Positions 22,513 to 35,844 of a stretch of 64,000 nucleotides of DNA are shown one piece after another (the first letter of the stretch is position 1; every line of letters begins with the position of its first letter). Made by a program: the position numbers and the translations under genes. Origin of the DNA: Eledone cirrhosa. Lineage: Eukaryota. Under the pieces are notes generated by a model. It saw only the letters and a program-made list of their open reading frames with translations, had not been told where the DNA came from and searched no databases. The stretch is from NCBI GenBank assembly GCA_964016885.1, contig OZ024741.1:280116001-280180000 (forward strand). The letters are read 5' to 3'.

Positions 22513-22772
22513 TAGATAGTATTAGCATTGGAAAGACCAATGGAAACATTGTTTCCTCGGTTCAATTTGCCGAAAGTCGATCGTTCCTATACTATATTAT
22601 ATATATATATATATTATATATATATTATATTATACCAAAGATTAATATGGTTCATTGATTACTCAATGAATATAGTTTTACAATAGATTAAAAGCACTCT
22701 ACAATAAAGTTTTCTGGAGTTATTATTATTCTGAATAATAATAAATGAAGACATTCACATAATCAAAATATA

Positions 22773-22838
22773 TGTTTTATTATATATATTTCGAAGGTAC
22801 TGTGCTGTTCTTTCAGTACGTCCTCGTCAGATAAAATA
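22773..22838 (-). ncRNA. Type I hammerhead ribozyme motif in a diverged family I relative (22633-22897)
   Basis: Minus strand: TATTTTAT-CTGACGA-GGACGTACTG AAAGAACAGCA CAGTACCTTC-GAAA-TATATA-TA/ATAAAACA. Confidence 0.82.
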
Positions 22839-23036
22839 CATGAATTGATGTTGACATACCTCAACGGTCTTGATAGTTCAATTCCAGTATTGGCAGTATA
22901 TAAGTATATTATATTATATTATATATATATATATATTATATTATATATATATATATTATATTATATTATATATATATATATTATATTATATATATATATA
23001 TTATATATATATATTATATTTTATATATATATATTT

Positions 23037-23357
23037 ATCATCATCATCATCACTTTACGTCCGCTTTTCCCTGCTTGCAAGGGTGGGACGAGAACTGATT
23101 CTGGCTTGATTTCTACAGCTGGATGCCCTTCCTAACACCAACCTCATTCACAGTGAGTGCTGGGTGCTTTTTTGCCATGGCACCTCCACGACCACTTTGC
23201 AGTGGAATGATATGGACCCCAGTCCCTATCATCTCATTTCTACAGCTGAGTAAACTGGAGCAATGTGAAATAAAGTGTCTTGCTCAAGGAAACAACAAAT
23301 CACCCGGTCTGAGAATGAAACTCACAACCTTTCGATTGCAAGGCCAATGCTCTAACC
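23037..23357 (-). mobile_element. tRNA-derived SINE with RTE-A 3' tail
   Basis: Reverse complement of the 20849 element. Confidence 0.88.
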
Positions 23358-23529
23358 TCCATAATATAATATAATATAATATTATATTATTATTATATAT
23401 ATTATATTATAATATATATATATATTATATACGTATATATATTATAATATATATATATTATATATTATATTATATATATATATATCATCATCACCATCAT
23501 CATCATCATCATGATATATTATATTATAT

Positions 23530-23589
<60 letters not shown>

Positions 23590-26410
23590 TTCTGCTTACT
23601 CCAACCTTCCACCTTATCCTTTTTTACCTTCCTTTTCCTTACTTTCTTTAGTCTCTCGTCTCATATCGTCAAACTGTAATGTATTGATTATCTCCCTTGG
23701 TCCATCTATCAGAATTATATTTTCCATATGAATATAAACTAGCTGAGAGATTACAATATAAATAATGCTTATAATTAGAGGATAGTGACTGTCAGAATCT
23801 GTAGATGGTAGTGTGTAGTTATGTCCCTTACATTCTGAGATCCAGTTTCACCGACTTTTTTTTTCCTCTGTGTCGATAACATAAGTGTTAAAGTTAGCAC
23901 AGGTAATTTACAAAAGTATATGCAATTAGTGAATCTTCTGTGAAATCACGGCAAAGCCATAAATTATTCATATGAAGTATATGTATATGTGTGACGTCTG
24001 AACGATTACCCTCCACCTCCAACTAACTTACCTTCCGCTTCTGAGTCCCGCCCTACAGGATGGAGAATGCATTGCCCCGGAGGACGGCGAGGGAGGTGCG
24101 CTAGAAAGACAAACACACTACAGTAGTGATGCTTGTATTTTCCTCTAAAAGTTAATACAATTACAAATACGGTTGTTATATTTATGGACTTTTGTCACTG
24201 TAAAAAAAAAGAATCTTCTTTATATAACTCGTTTCATTATTTTTATCGGTGAAGTGTCGGACAACATGCTCTGCAGTATTTAGTTACGGCCTTTTACTTT
24301 CTGATTTCAAAATTCCGCCGAGGTTCACTTTGCCTTTCATCCTTACGGGTCGATAAAATAAAGTACCAGTAATGTACTGAGTAATTGCTGGCCTTGTGCC
24401 AAAAGTAGAAACAGTTATTTTTATTTATTTTACTTGCATTTTTTTCTGAAGCAAAATAGACAACATACGTATAAGGATGCTATCATATATACACAAACTA
24501 AGGCGCATACATCGAAACACACTAGCGCACACACACTCAAACACGCGCAAATACACACTGGCGCACGCAGGCACACATATCAAAAACACAGGCACACACA
24601 TATTCAAAATACACTGGCACACACTTGATCAAAACATAGTGACACATTCAAATCTAAATCCAAAACGCATAAACACATATTGTCATTCAGAGCAGTCCAA
24701 CATACATCCACAACTACAACCTCATATATCAGTGGTATTATTGTTTTATTGTTAGATGAATGCGTCTGTCAAACAAACCTGGCTGAGTAATGTTTATGTT
24801 TAGTAGTCAAACTAGCCCATGTTCTTTACTTCAGCTATTCCCCACTATTGGAAGTCTCCCATGTCTATCAGTCAATCACATTATTTACTTGAAATGATTA
24901 ATGCCTCTTAGCTTACAATACTTTCATCATATACCAAAATACACGTGCATGCACGCGCGCGCGCACACACATTGTTCAATACACACATATATATAGTCTT
25001 TTTTTATTTATACTCTTAAAAGGAAAATTCTGGGGCAATTAAACTTTGGTACCAATAATAGAGCAGAAGTGAATCCCAAATCCCAATCTTCAACAATGTG
25101 AATAGTGTTCATAATAGTAATATCTTGGCATAGGGTGACAGGTCGTGTAGAAGTTGCTTAGTGAACTGAAATTACTTGTGGTGTTTATTTTATTACCTCC
25201 TGGGAGAAATGGAGTCAAAATCAGCCCTTGTCAGACTTGAATATTAAATATAAAAGGACATATCTCAATACTGAAATAGTATATAGGTTGGCAGTCCTGC
25301 CAGTCCACCACCAATGTTTGACTACACTCTGAATATCAATATTGTTATATCAGCTATTTTGTTTTTAATGCATCAATCAAAATCTCTACTACTTGATTAA
25401 GGTTTCTGATTTAAATGTTGCCTAGATTACTGATAAGATTTGAGAATTCATACATTTATCAATGAAATTAAGTGCTTAGTGGTTGAGTATGTGTGATGTC
25501 TGAATGAGTATCCTACATCAACTAATTTACCGTCTGCTTCTTGGTCCTGGCTTACAGAATAGAAAATACATTGCCCGGCGGACGGCAAAGGAAACGCGCT
25601 GCGACAACCACTTCACCTTGTGGAGCTCGCACCTGCAGGCAGCCAACTTCACTCCAATACCAGTGAGTATTTATGTGGTACAGGGACCAAGAACGTCAGT
25701 AGTCTCCACTGCTTCAGACTCTGTCACAAACCTATTAGAGAGCAGCGAATACTTGGACAGTTTGCTCTCTTCGGGCTGACAGGGAACAGTGCCTGGGCTG
25801 GTAGCCTAATGTACTAGGTTGCCACTAGAGAAGGTGTCATTAGATTACTAGTTCATCAATCTTTCAATCCACCTTTGGGTGATGAAATAAATTTAATTAC
25901 TGAACAATGTAAAAAAAAAAAAACCTCTCATATATTAGTTTATTACATCAACTACACTACTTGACTGGTGCTTTATTTTATCAGACCTCCAGAAGGGTGA
26001 AAGACAAAGTTGATTCAGCGAGATTTGAACTTGAGATATAAAGAGCCACAAATAAATATTACAAAGCATTTTATCTCTCATTTTAATGATTCTGCTAATC
26101 CACAGCTCTAAATTCTATCTTAATCATCATCATCATCAGGTGTCAGGTCTGTTCCAAACATTGGTGGTCATTGCTCTCTCCAGTCCTTCCTGTTGTAATG
26201 AAATAATAAATAATTTAACTAAATCCTTCGTAATTCTTCATTGAAATACTGTGTATTTCATGAGAAATTTAGTTACAAAAATGTTCTTAAAAAAAATGAA
26301 ATGCCATATTTAATGATGTAATTGTAAATAATATGTAGCTGTTTACAGCCAAAACACTGTTGGTCATATGTTTGATTGGTCAAGACTAGCCTAGAAACTA
26401 AACAATAATA

Positions 26411-26740
26411 CAGTGAAATTCCATTATAACGAAATTCACAGGGTATAAAAAGAAATTTGTTGTAACGAAATCGACAAAAATAAATCCAGTGTTTGTTTTG
26501 GCAGTATCGGTAGAGGGTCGGACGCCATGCTTTCCAGCATAGTTACGTCCCTTTACGATCTGAGTTCAAATCCCGCCGAGGTTGAATTTGCCTTTTATCT
26601 TTACGGGGTCGATAAAATAAAGTACCAGTAATGCACTGGGTAATTTCTGGCCTTGTGCCTAAAGTAGAAACAGTTATTACTTCAGGGATCGAAAAAAATT
26701 TTATTGTACTGAAAAACACGTTATAACGGAATTTTACCTG
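26411..26740. mobile_element. pogo/Tigger-like MITE containing a SINE
   Basis: TIR CAGTGAAATTCCATTATAACG / CGTTATAACGGAATTTTACCTG with TA flanks. SINE inside at ~26499-26678. Confidence 0.75.
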
Positions 26741-26792
26741 TAACAACATAGCTATGGAGATCATTTCACATATATCAAAGTTAAATTAACAA

Positions 26793-27123
26793 CTATATTT
26801 TTGGTGGGAACATTGAAGTAATTCCATATTTTGGTGGGAACACTGAATTAATTCCATATTTTTTGTGGGAACACTGAATTGATTCTATATTTTTGGTGGG
26901 AATATACTGAATTAATTCCATATTTTTGGTGGGAATATACTGAATTAATTCCATATTTTTGGTGGGAATATACTGAATTAATTCCATATTTTTGGTGGGA
27001 ATATACTGAATTAATTCCATATTTTTGGTGGGAATATACTGAATTAATTCCATATTTTTGGTGGGAATATACTGAATTAATTCTATATTTTTGGTGGGAG
27101 CATTGAATTAGTTCTATATTTTT
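26793..27123. repeat. 33-bp tandem minisatellite, ~10 copies
   Basis: Unit ATATTTTTGGTGGGAATATACTGAATTAATTCC. Central copies identical, edge copies diverged. Confidence 0.95.
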
Positions 27124-27571
27124 TTGTTGTTTCCTTTCATGCAGACAGGACTAAGATGACTCATTGTAGGAATCAGTTTCTATCTGACCTTATAATTTAA
27201 TAATCAGCTAAATTAACTTTATGGTCAACGTTTTGTTTTTTTAGATCAAAGGGCATATTGGCAACTGGGGTTATGTTGAGTAAGTATAGATAAATTGGAT
27301 GGATATATTGCAAGGTAGACTAAACAGAAAGAATTCAAAAGATGACTGTGTTTTTTTTTTTGGTTTTTTTTGTATTTTGTATTATTATTATTTTTTGTTT
27401 TGTATATTTTTTTTTATCGAAGAATGCTAATGGAGGTTTGCAGAGATTAGAACACTCTGTTATATTGGAAATATGCTAAAACTATTAACAGCAGGGGGTG
27501 GTAATCATTGCTGGTAGCAAAGTACATTGAATCATATTGTGATAACAGGAAGAATATTAGGAAGTTTCTGA

Positions 27572-27702
27572 CTATTTAGTTAATAAAACACTCTCTAGCA
27601 TTCTATCTATTTAGTTAATAAAAGACTCTAAATTTCTATCTATCTAGTTAATAAAAGACTCTCTAACTCTCTGTCTATTTAGTTAATAAAAGACTCCCTA
27701 GC
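27572..27702. repeat. ~33-37-bp tandem repeat, 4 copies
   Basis: CTATTTAGTTAATAAAAGACTC repeated. Confidence 0.8.
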
Positions 27703-30700
27703 TTTCATGTATATGAAGCTTTAAGCTGTATTGAATTTAAATGGAATCAATAATAGTTGAGTACCTGTGAAGTAACATCAATTTGGCAGAGCTGTGAGAG
27801 CTTTAGGTATTTGATCTTGGTTTCTGTGTTCCGAGTTCAAACCCTGCCAAGGTCCGCATTGCCTTTTATCCTTTTGAGGTCTATAAAGAAAATACCAGCC
27901 CTCTCTCTTTACAGCTGTCACACCCTGGATGTTCCATAGGATCAAGGGAGGGCCTAGAGAGTGTCTGTGTCTGCATGGACACTGAAAATCCTTTGCAAAA
28001 AGCATGGTACATACTTCCAAGTCATACACATTTATGAGTGATGACGGTAATTTATTCTTGTGTTGTTTTTTTTTAAACTATCAGGTAAAACTTTGTCTGG
28101 AGTAACTAAATGTTGTCTATAATAAAGAGTGTTTGTGTGTCTGTGTTTTTCTCTAGTGGGTACAGATATCTGGAGTGCTCAAATGAACAAACACATATAA
28201 TGAACATTGTTGATAAGTGAAGTAGATAAAGTGCCCCCAATTATTGATAGAGCATTCTAAACCTGGTAGAGCCCATCCCTCTCCAGGTCGGAATGCAGTT
28301 GATTGCTTCCAGAGAAGGGGACGGAAAATGAATCAACATCAGTACTAGACTGGTGCTTATTTATCAACCTTCAAAGGCAAAGTTGACCTCAACAGGATTT
28401 GAACTCGGAGTACAATGAGCTGGACAAATGCCAAGGCATTTTTAATCCAACATGACAATTTGCTGGATAGATAAGAAAGAGTCTTAGAATTAAGCATATA
28501 CCCCAACATTGTTGAAGTGTTCTATTTTTAAAATACTATTTTCTTTAAGGGTGCAAAGGAACTGAAAAGGAAGGAAAAAATGATTTCATTTTATATATCA
28601 TCATCATCGTTTAACGTCCATCTTCCACGCTAGCATATATAACAAATATAGTGTTGAGTAATAATCCTGGTGGAGCCATCTCCCACATGGGATTTAGTTC
28701 TGGTAACTTACACTATGTTCTAGTTCACATAAAAAAAGCACACACATGCACACGCACACACACTTGAAAGATTTTTGCTTTTGATACTTTGGTTAATCTT
28801 GGGAAGTTTTTTTGGAGGTTATTTTTTCTGGATATGGTTATGAGATATATTTATTTATTGAAATTTCTTTTCCTGGTGTAGGTCTCTCTCCATGGAAATA
28901 GTATTGAAAGAGTATTCCCCTCCCCTCTCTCACTTCACTCAGACATATCTTAATAGTATTGAAGGAGTATTCTCGTTATAGCTAATGTCAAATAATCAGG
29001 ATACAATTTAGAATTGACTATGTATTTAAAAAACAAAATTCATAGCCATCCAAATGGATAAGAGATGAGGTGGGGGTTGCATTTTTTTTTGTTTTTTGTT
29101 TTGTTTTTTTTTGTTTTTTGTTTTTTTCTTTCTCTGCCTATCTTATTTCACTATGGCTTTGAATTTGTTCTTATATATATATTTCAACAAACTAGCTTCA
29201 GAAAATGCTAATTTATTTAATCTCTGCTCCCCTCTCTCCATCTCTCTCACACATTCACACACAAACACATTGACAACCATCTGTTATTCTTGCTTTCAAT
29301 TATTTTAGCAACAGTTAAGTATTTAGTTGTTGGCAGTGTTACTATTGTGCAATATTTACTGATATTAGTCATAGTCAAGAGTGTCAAGTAAACTCTCTCT
29401 TTCTCTCTCTGTAGACACTTAACTGAACCACAGCAGGGGCACTTTTTACTGGCCTAATTGTTTGACAGATATAGGGCACTCTTACAAAAAAAAAAGGATT
29501 AATATTTTGAATAGAGCAGGTATATAAGTGCATAGGTCATATGAAGGACAACTGCTGTTTTCCTTTTGTTTTCTTATTTTTTTTTATATTTAGTCTCTCC
29601 TTTTTTATGGTGTGATTATTTCAGGTAAGTGGTTTTGTTACTTTTTCTCTCTTTTCAACCCTCCCCGCACAAAGCATTATAATTGCTTTTATTCTAGTTT
29701 TATAATATTTAGGTCTATAGGTATTTTAGTTTTCCTCTTAAAACCTCATTCTTTTCTGCATTTTATTTTCATGTATGTTTGGTGGCTAATATATGTTTAG
29801 GTTTATCTTCTTCTTCGCCCACTTATTTGAAAGGGTCATGGGGGCAGAGTCCTCAAACACTCCCTCCAGGGGGTCCTGTCAGAAGCAACTGTCTCCAACT
29901 GATCTGGCTGCATCCCCAAGCAGGACCAGCCAAGCTCATGGGTGTTATCCAACAATGTTGCTATGGGTCTACCCCTGGGTCTCCTACCTGTTGGTTTTGA
30001 CTATAAAATCTGTCCAGTGATTCTTTCCTGGGACATTCTAACCACATGCCCATGTTTAGGTTTATAAAAAGTAATTTTTTTCCCCATTAATTTCATTATT
30101 TTCATATGACTTTGGACTAGAAAGAATAGTTTCACAAACCAAGGCTCTATTGATAATAGATAGGGTATTTATTTATATCCAAAAATTGAGCTTGAGAAGA
30201 CAGATTTATATATACATATGTATATATGAAATCAAGTGGTTTGGTTTATATACAACCACTTGATTTCATTGACTGCTGATTACAGACAAAACAACCTGTG
30301 AGTCTGTCTATTCCACTGCACAGATTTAACTGGAAGGAGGATGTGCTGACAATTGAAGGGGAATGACTGATATATTTGGACTGCTAATTTGATTAGTTGA
30401 ATAATGTACTTAGTAACTAACTGCTTAGTTGAACTTTTTCCTAGTGAGTGAGATATCTGCTAATAATTGTAATTATCAATGGTAAAGCATTGCTTGGTTG
30501 CACTTCCAACTTTACAGTATTTATATTTAATTATCTTGTTTGATCATCTGATTTCCTTTTTCTTTCAATCTTCAAGATTTTCTTCAATGTCTTTTTGAAT
30601 ATGTCTAAGTGGTATTTTCTATATGGAGCCTTAGCTAGTGTGTGGCTGTATTTGCAAAGAATTATAGAAATGTATATCTTGAAATAGTCAGTTGATAACA

Positions 30701-32159
30701 CAAGCCTCAAGGCTAAGCCAATATGAAATCATCATCATCATCATCGTCATTGTCATCATCATCATCATCATCATCGCCATCGCCATCCGTTTTCCCTGCT
30801 AGCAAGGTTTAGAATGGTTTTCACAGACCAGTCAGTACTCAAGTAGAGCTGCTGACTTCTCTGTTGGGCTGGGGCCTACACCTCGCTTACATATGTTCCT
30901 GTGCTCCACTGTTTGCATTTTTTTTTTTTTTTTGTGGCACCAGAAATAAGGAGGTTCTCATGTCTTTAACACAGCTGAAGAATCCTAAAAAAACATTTAG
31001 TTTTTATACTTAAATGCATGTCAACACATGGTTTAAATGATGTGACTTCTATTTGGTAGTGTTACCTTACCGTGTCTTATGTAGTACTTAGTTTTAAATT
31101 TAAGCACAGTTGGTCTGGATAATTTTGTAAAGTGAACCTTTCTCTGAGACGATTCTTGGAAAGAGTAAACATTTACTCAGAAATCTAAAAAGATAACTCT
31201 TAGGTTCATCATCATCATCATCATTATTGTCTTATGTATCAGTGGATTGGCAGTATCGGTAGAGGGTTGGACGCCATGCGTTGACGCATAGAGTTACGGC
31301 CCTTGCCATTCTGAGTTCAAATCCCGCTGAGGTTAACTTTGCCTTTCATCCTTACGAGGTCGATAAAATAAAGTACCAGTAATGCACTGAGTAATTGCTG
31401 GCCTTGTGCCAAAAAGTAGAAACAATTATTGTCTTATGCCCGTTTTTTTCCATGCTTTCATGGAATTTTTTCTGAGAACGTTCAGTTTAAAGTCAGACGA
31501 ATTGATTGTTTTTGAGCTAGAAGTTTCTTTCTTCCTTTTTATTTCATGTATCTTTTATATGTGAACTAACAGCTTTGATATATTTGGAATTTACAATCTG
31601 TTGGCTTTTGAACATGAAACATTATTTTTGCTTGCAAAATATAATAAACTGAAGAATTCACATCAAACAGAAAATTATAGTCACTTATTCCCTTTTGGGA
31701 ATAAGTTTTCGTATCCGTTGTTTTGTTTTTCCATTGGCATCTGTTTTAAAAAGAAATTCTTTATATTTTTTGTTTGTTTACTCTAAATGAAACTTCTTCT
31801 TTGGTAGTGGTACCTTGCTTCCTTTATACTATATAATTTGTTAAGATTGACTTGTTGATCTTAATTAGTAATCTTTGAAGTTTTGTGCTACTTTGGTTCA
31901 TAACTTTATTTGGTTTTCATACTAGATTCCAAGTTTATATACATAGCAGATAATGGATGCTGCAAAGCTATAATAATTGATTTAGTCAATAGCTTTTATT
32001 CCATCTTTGTTTAGTCTATCATCATTGATTCTGCTGGATTTGCTTCAGAACATTGAACTTCTCTCTTTATATTGTATATTATTATAGTCTTATTCTCTGT
32101 TGACCCAGTTCCATTTACTTGGGATAAATCCAAGTGTTTGTAGTATCTTCACAGTTTAA

Positions 32160-32396
32160 CTCTTAACATCCTATACCACATGAGCAAGACACTCTTAAAA
32201 TACGCAAAAAACTATGACTGCGTGTTTAATGATTTAGCAGAAGTATATAAGAAAAGAGTGAGTTTTTAATTCAAATGTTTATAGAATCTTTACTATAATT
32301 CTGCAAATTTTCACTAGTAAAGATTCTATAAACATTTGAATTAAAAACTCACCCTTTTTTATATACTTCTGCTAAATCATTTCATGATGTTAGGAG
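32160..32396. mobile_element. piggyBac-like MITE with long internal palindrome
   Basis: TTAA-CTCTTAACATC ... GATGTTAGGAG-TTAA. Internal ~65-bp inverted arms at 32229-32380. A related left end occurs at ~61022. Confidence 0.7.
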
Positions 32397-32989
32397 TTAA
32401 GTTTAATCAAGGCAGTACTCTATGTTGACTCAGTCTATTCATCCATCAATTTACAAGGGGAGGGGGTACCTAGAGTGTATTACTGTAACACTGGAGGTTA
32501 TCTCGCCCACTGCGGGCTAAAAGGATCTCTTCAGTACATACAGTCTAGGACCTCTCACTACATCTACTTTTAGCATTTCAGTATCTTTTATATTATGGTA
32601 TATTGCCACTGTATGGTGGCAAATTGGCAGAGTCATTAGAACATCAGATAGAATGTGTTGTGGTATTCATTTTAGCTCTCTGCTCTGAGTTCAAATCCTG
32701 CCGCGGTCAACTTTGCCTTTCATCCATTGAAGGTCAATAAAATAAGTACCAGTCTAGTACTGGGGTCAATTCTTCCTCTATATCTCTTTCACATTTTTAT
32801 TCTCTCACTCTCTCTATCCTTCACTGCAAGAAATCTGTTGGGTTCAGACCTTGAGAGGAGATGGTCTCTACCAGGTTTTAAAATGCTCTAGAAATGCTGT
32901 ATGTCAATACAGCACTTCAATGACTCCCTCAAGAGTTACAGGACCATGCATATTGCCAGTCAACTCAATCTAGTGCCATCCCCTCCATG

Positions 32990-33420
32990 AAATTCAGTTT
33001 CTTGAAGTCCTTCTATGCTCCATCCCATGTTGTTTTTTTTTGGTCTTCTTCAACCACAAGTTCATTCTGAGAAAGAAGCCCTTTGTTGCCAGCAGAAATA
33101 ATAGCTCCTTAAAATTTTCCCATTCTGTTCCCACATTGGCTATGACATTTTTCAAACATCTACTTCCACAGCTAATGAGGTGACCTATCATAGATAGCAA
33201 AAGCTTTTATATTTAGGAAACCTGAACATTTGAGAGAGTTTATTTTATTAGTACCCTTACTGTTTAATAATCTTATGCACCTGTCACATATTAAGCCTAC
33301 TGTCTCTGTCAGACTACTTGTGATCCCATTATATCTCTATACCCATTGTAGACATCGGGTATACTTTATGGAATTCCTACTTACTCCTTTTCTGCGTATT
33401 GAGCACAACCATTATCCTCT
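32990..33420 (-). mobile_element. Old degenerate RTE fragment
   Basis: Decayed WENFKELL.LLATKGF and a PHD-like segment. Confidence 0.6.
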
Positions 33421-34008
33421 TTCCTACTTTATTAAGAATCAATATTTTTTTGATCAAGCCATAGTATTTATGTTGGTGTTTTTAAGATTTATAATTTTGA
33501 ACTCTAACTTTTTTTCTTCAGTCCTTCAAAAATTGTATTTGTTTCCATTTGGAAACAAATTTCCATTTGTTTATTTGGAAATACATTCATAATTTGCCAT
33601 CAGTTATCCACATGGTAGTTTTCCACATGTTAGATATAATTGAATACTACATCTGGTCTCTCCTGGCCACACAAACGTTCATTATATTTCTAGATTGGCA
33701 GTATCGGTAGAGGGTCGGACGCCATGCTTTCCAGCATAGTTATGTCCCTTTACGATCTGAGTTCAAATCCCGCCGAGGTTGACTTTGCTTTTCATCCTTA
33801 CGTTTCCAGTTCTTTGTTTTGACTTTAGTGTAATATTTTCTTTTGAAACATTATTTCCTATACTCTCTTTATTCACTAAACCATGCAGTGAAGGCAGCCA
33901 TTATTAGCTTCTGTTTTCTGACCAAATAACTTCTTCTAGACTCAGTTGTTTTTTACATCAGTATCACTCTGCTTCATCTAAAAAAATATTTTCTTAATAT
34001 TGAATTAT

Positions 34009-34104
<96 letters not shown>

Positions 34105-35844
34105 TTGTACACACATTTCCTCACTGAATTTATTTGATTTTTTTGTTTAATATTTTTATTTGCTTGTCTTTGTTTCTACTGTCTGACCTCTCCTCCATTC
34201 TCTATTGTGACCTAGTTCCCTTACCAAATTCCTCTAACTTATTTTTGGCAGAATTTTCCTCTCTTGATGTGTATTGATGCAGTGTTTATTTGGATTTTTC
34301 ATTCTCATTCCTAATGTTAAGTACTATTAAATTTCAACCAGTAGACATTGTTGGTTGCTATCAGATATCATAAAGTATTATTTATTCTTAGACATTGGAT
34401 TGAAGAGCATTGGAGAAGGAACTAGTATATTAGGGAATCTACTTAACTATAATTAGTTTGTAGCTTCATGTGTATGTGTGTGTGTATGTATGTATTTTTT
34501 TTCAGTGAAAATTCCATTGTGGCTGACTTAGCATATCATTCCTACTGGGGTTACACAGTTGATTGATTATTTTGTTATTGATTAAACCTACTAGTGAACC
34601 AGTGTCATCAATAATGACAGCAATAGTTTTGGATTAATTTAATTTTTGGTGTCCAGGATTGGTGTGTCATATATAACAGGATCACTGGATATAGGAACTA
34701 TCATACAGACTGGGGAATATGTGTTTTGATAGATTTAATGTTTACATAAGAGAAACCCCATAGTTTATGTTGATTACTAACACATGGAAGTGATTAGAGA
34801 TAAAATAGTATTTCGATAAAAACATTTTTCTAGAATACTATTATACTTTTGGATGATCATGCTGCCAATAAAAACACCTGTACCAGTTGAGTTTTTCTTT
34901 AGTTTATTGTTAGTTGAGTACCTAATCCTTTCATAGGTTAATTTAGTAACCAGATGGTTGTTTAATTGTTAATTGTCAAAGCTTTTTCGTCACACATTTT
35001 GTGACCTTCTCAATGACTATTCTTGTTACTCTGTATCTCCTGTTTGTTTTATTTTACTCCATCTTGTCTTACAAATACAAAAACAAATTGCATAAATGTT
35101 CAGCATGTATGTACAAATGACATACAGAATTAAATGTATAAGTAACTTTGGAGAAATAACTATTTATAGGGACAAATGTAGACTTAGAACTCAGGAACTT
35201 GTGATTGGAAAGTGAACTTGTAGGAAATCCATTGTGTTAATGTATGTTTGTATGTGTCAATTTTAAAGAGTTACAATTGGATATATATTTATATATATAT
35301 ACACGCATACACACACACACATATTTATATGTGCGTGGTTTTGTGTACCTATGGTAAGTGTTTTGCGTATGCTTGTGTATGTACGTATTTGTTTGCGTGT
35401 ATGTATTTATTTATTTCTATTACTTCCGTATTGTATTTATTTACTTTGTTCTTAACTCTGTAGCGGAGATTCATTCGGTCTCCTAGTTAGAATTTTAGTC
35501 TACGACTTCTGCTATACCATTTACGTGGTTTTGTCTTTGCGTGCTATTGTTCTCCACGCTCCACATATGACGTATTATCTTCGTTTTTTTTCGTTTATTG
35601 CCAGAGAACGTCTCTATGAACCACCTAAGAGAACATTAGTCTACGACCTCTTTTATACCATAAACGTGGTTCTGTCTTTGCGCGTAATTGTTTTTCACAG
35701 CTCCTATTAATGACATATTATATTCGTTTTTTCCTGTTCTTTGCCAGCGAACGTTTCCACGAACCAAAGTATCATCTTCCTGTCTTCCTCCGGTTGCAAC
35801 GTTTTTTGAAATATCCACTTCTGCGTTTACAGATTGACTTTGTT

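Noticed and set aside
24030-24105. HDV-like ribozyme
   Set aside because: I could not build P1, P2 and P3 pairings or the J4/2 catalytic C by eye.
25558-25662. Possible exon (TTACAG ... GTGAGT, 105 nt)
   Set aside because: No frame resembles KDM3/JMJD1C, and it overlaps a repeated motif. It cannot be supported without RNA data.
26793-27123. CRISPR-like 33-bp repeats and repeat-peptide ORFs (MELIQYIPTKN)n
   Set aside because: Head-to-tail copies with no unique spacers, no cas genes and a eukaryotic context. The ORFs arise because the unit length is divisible by 3.
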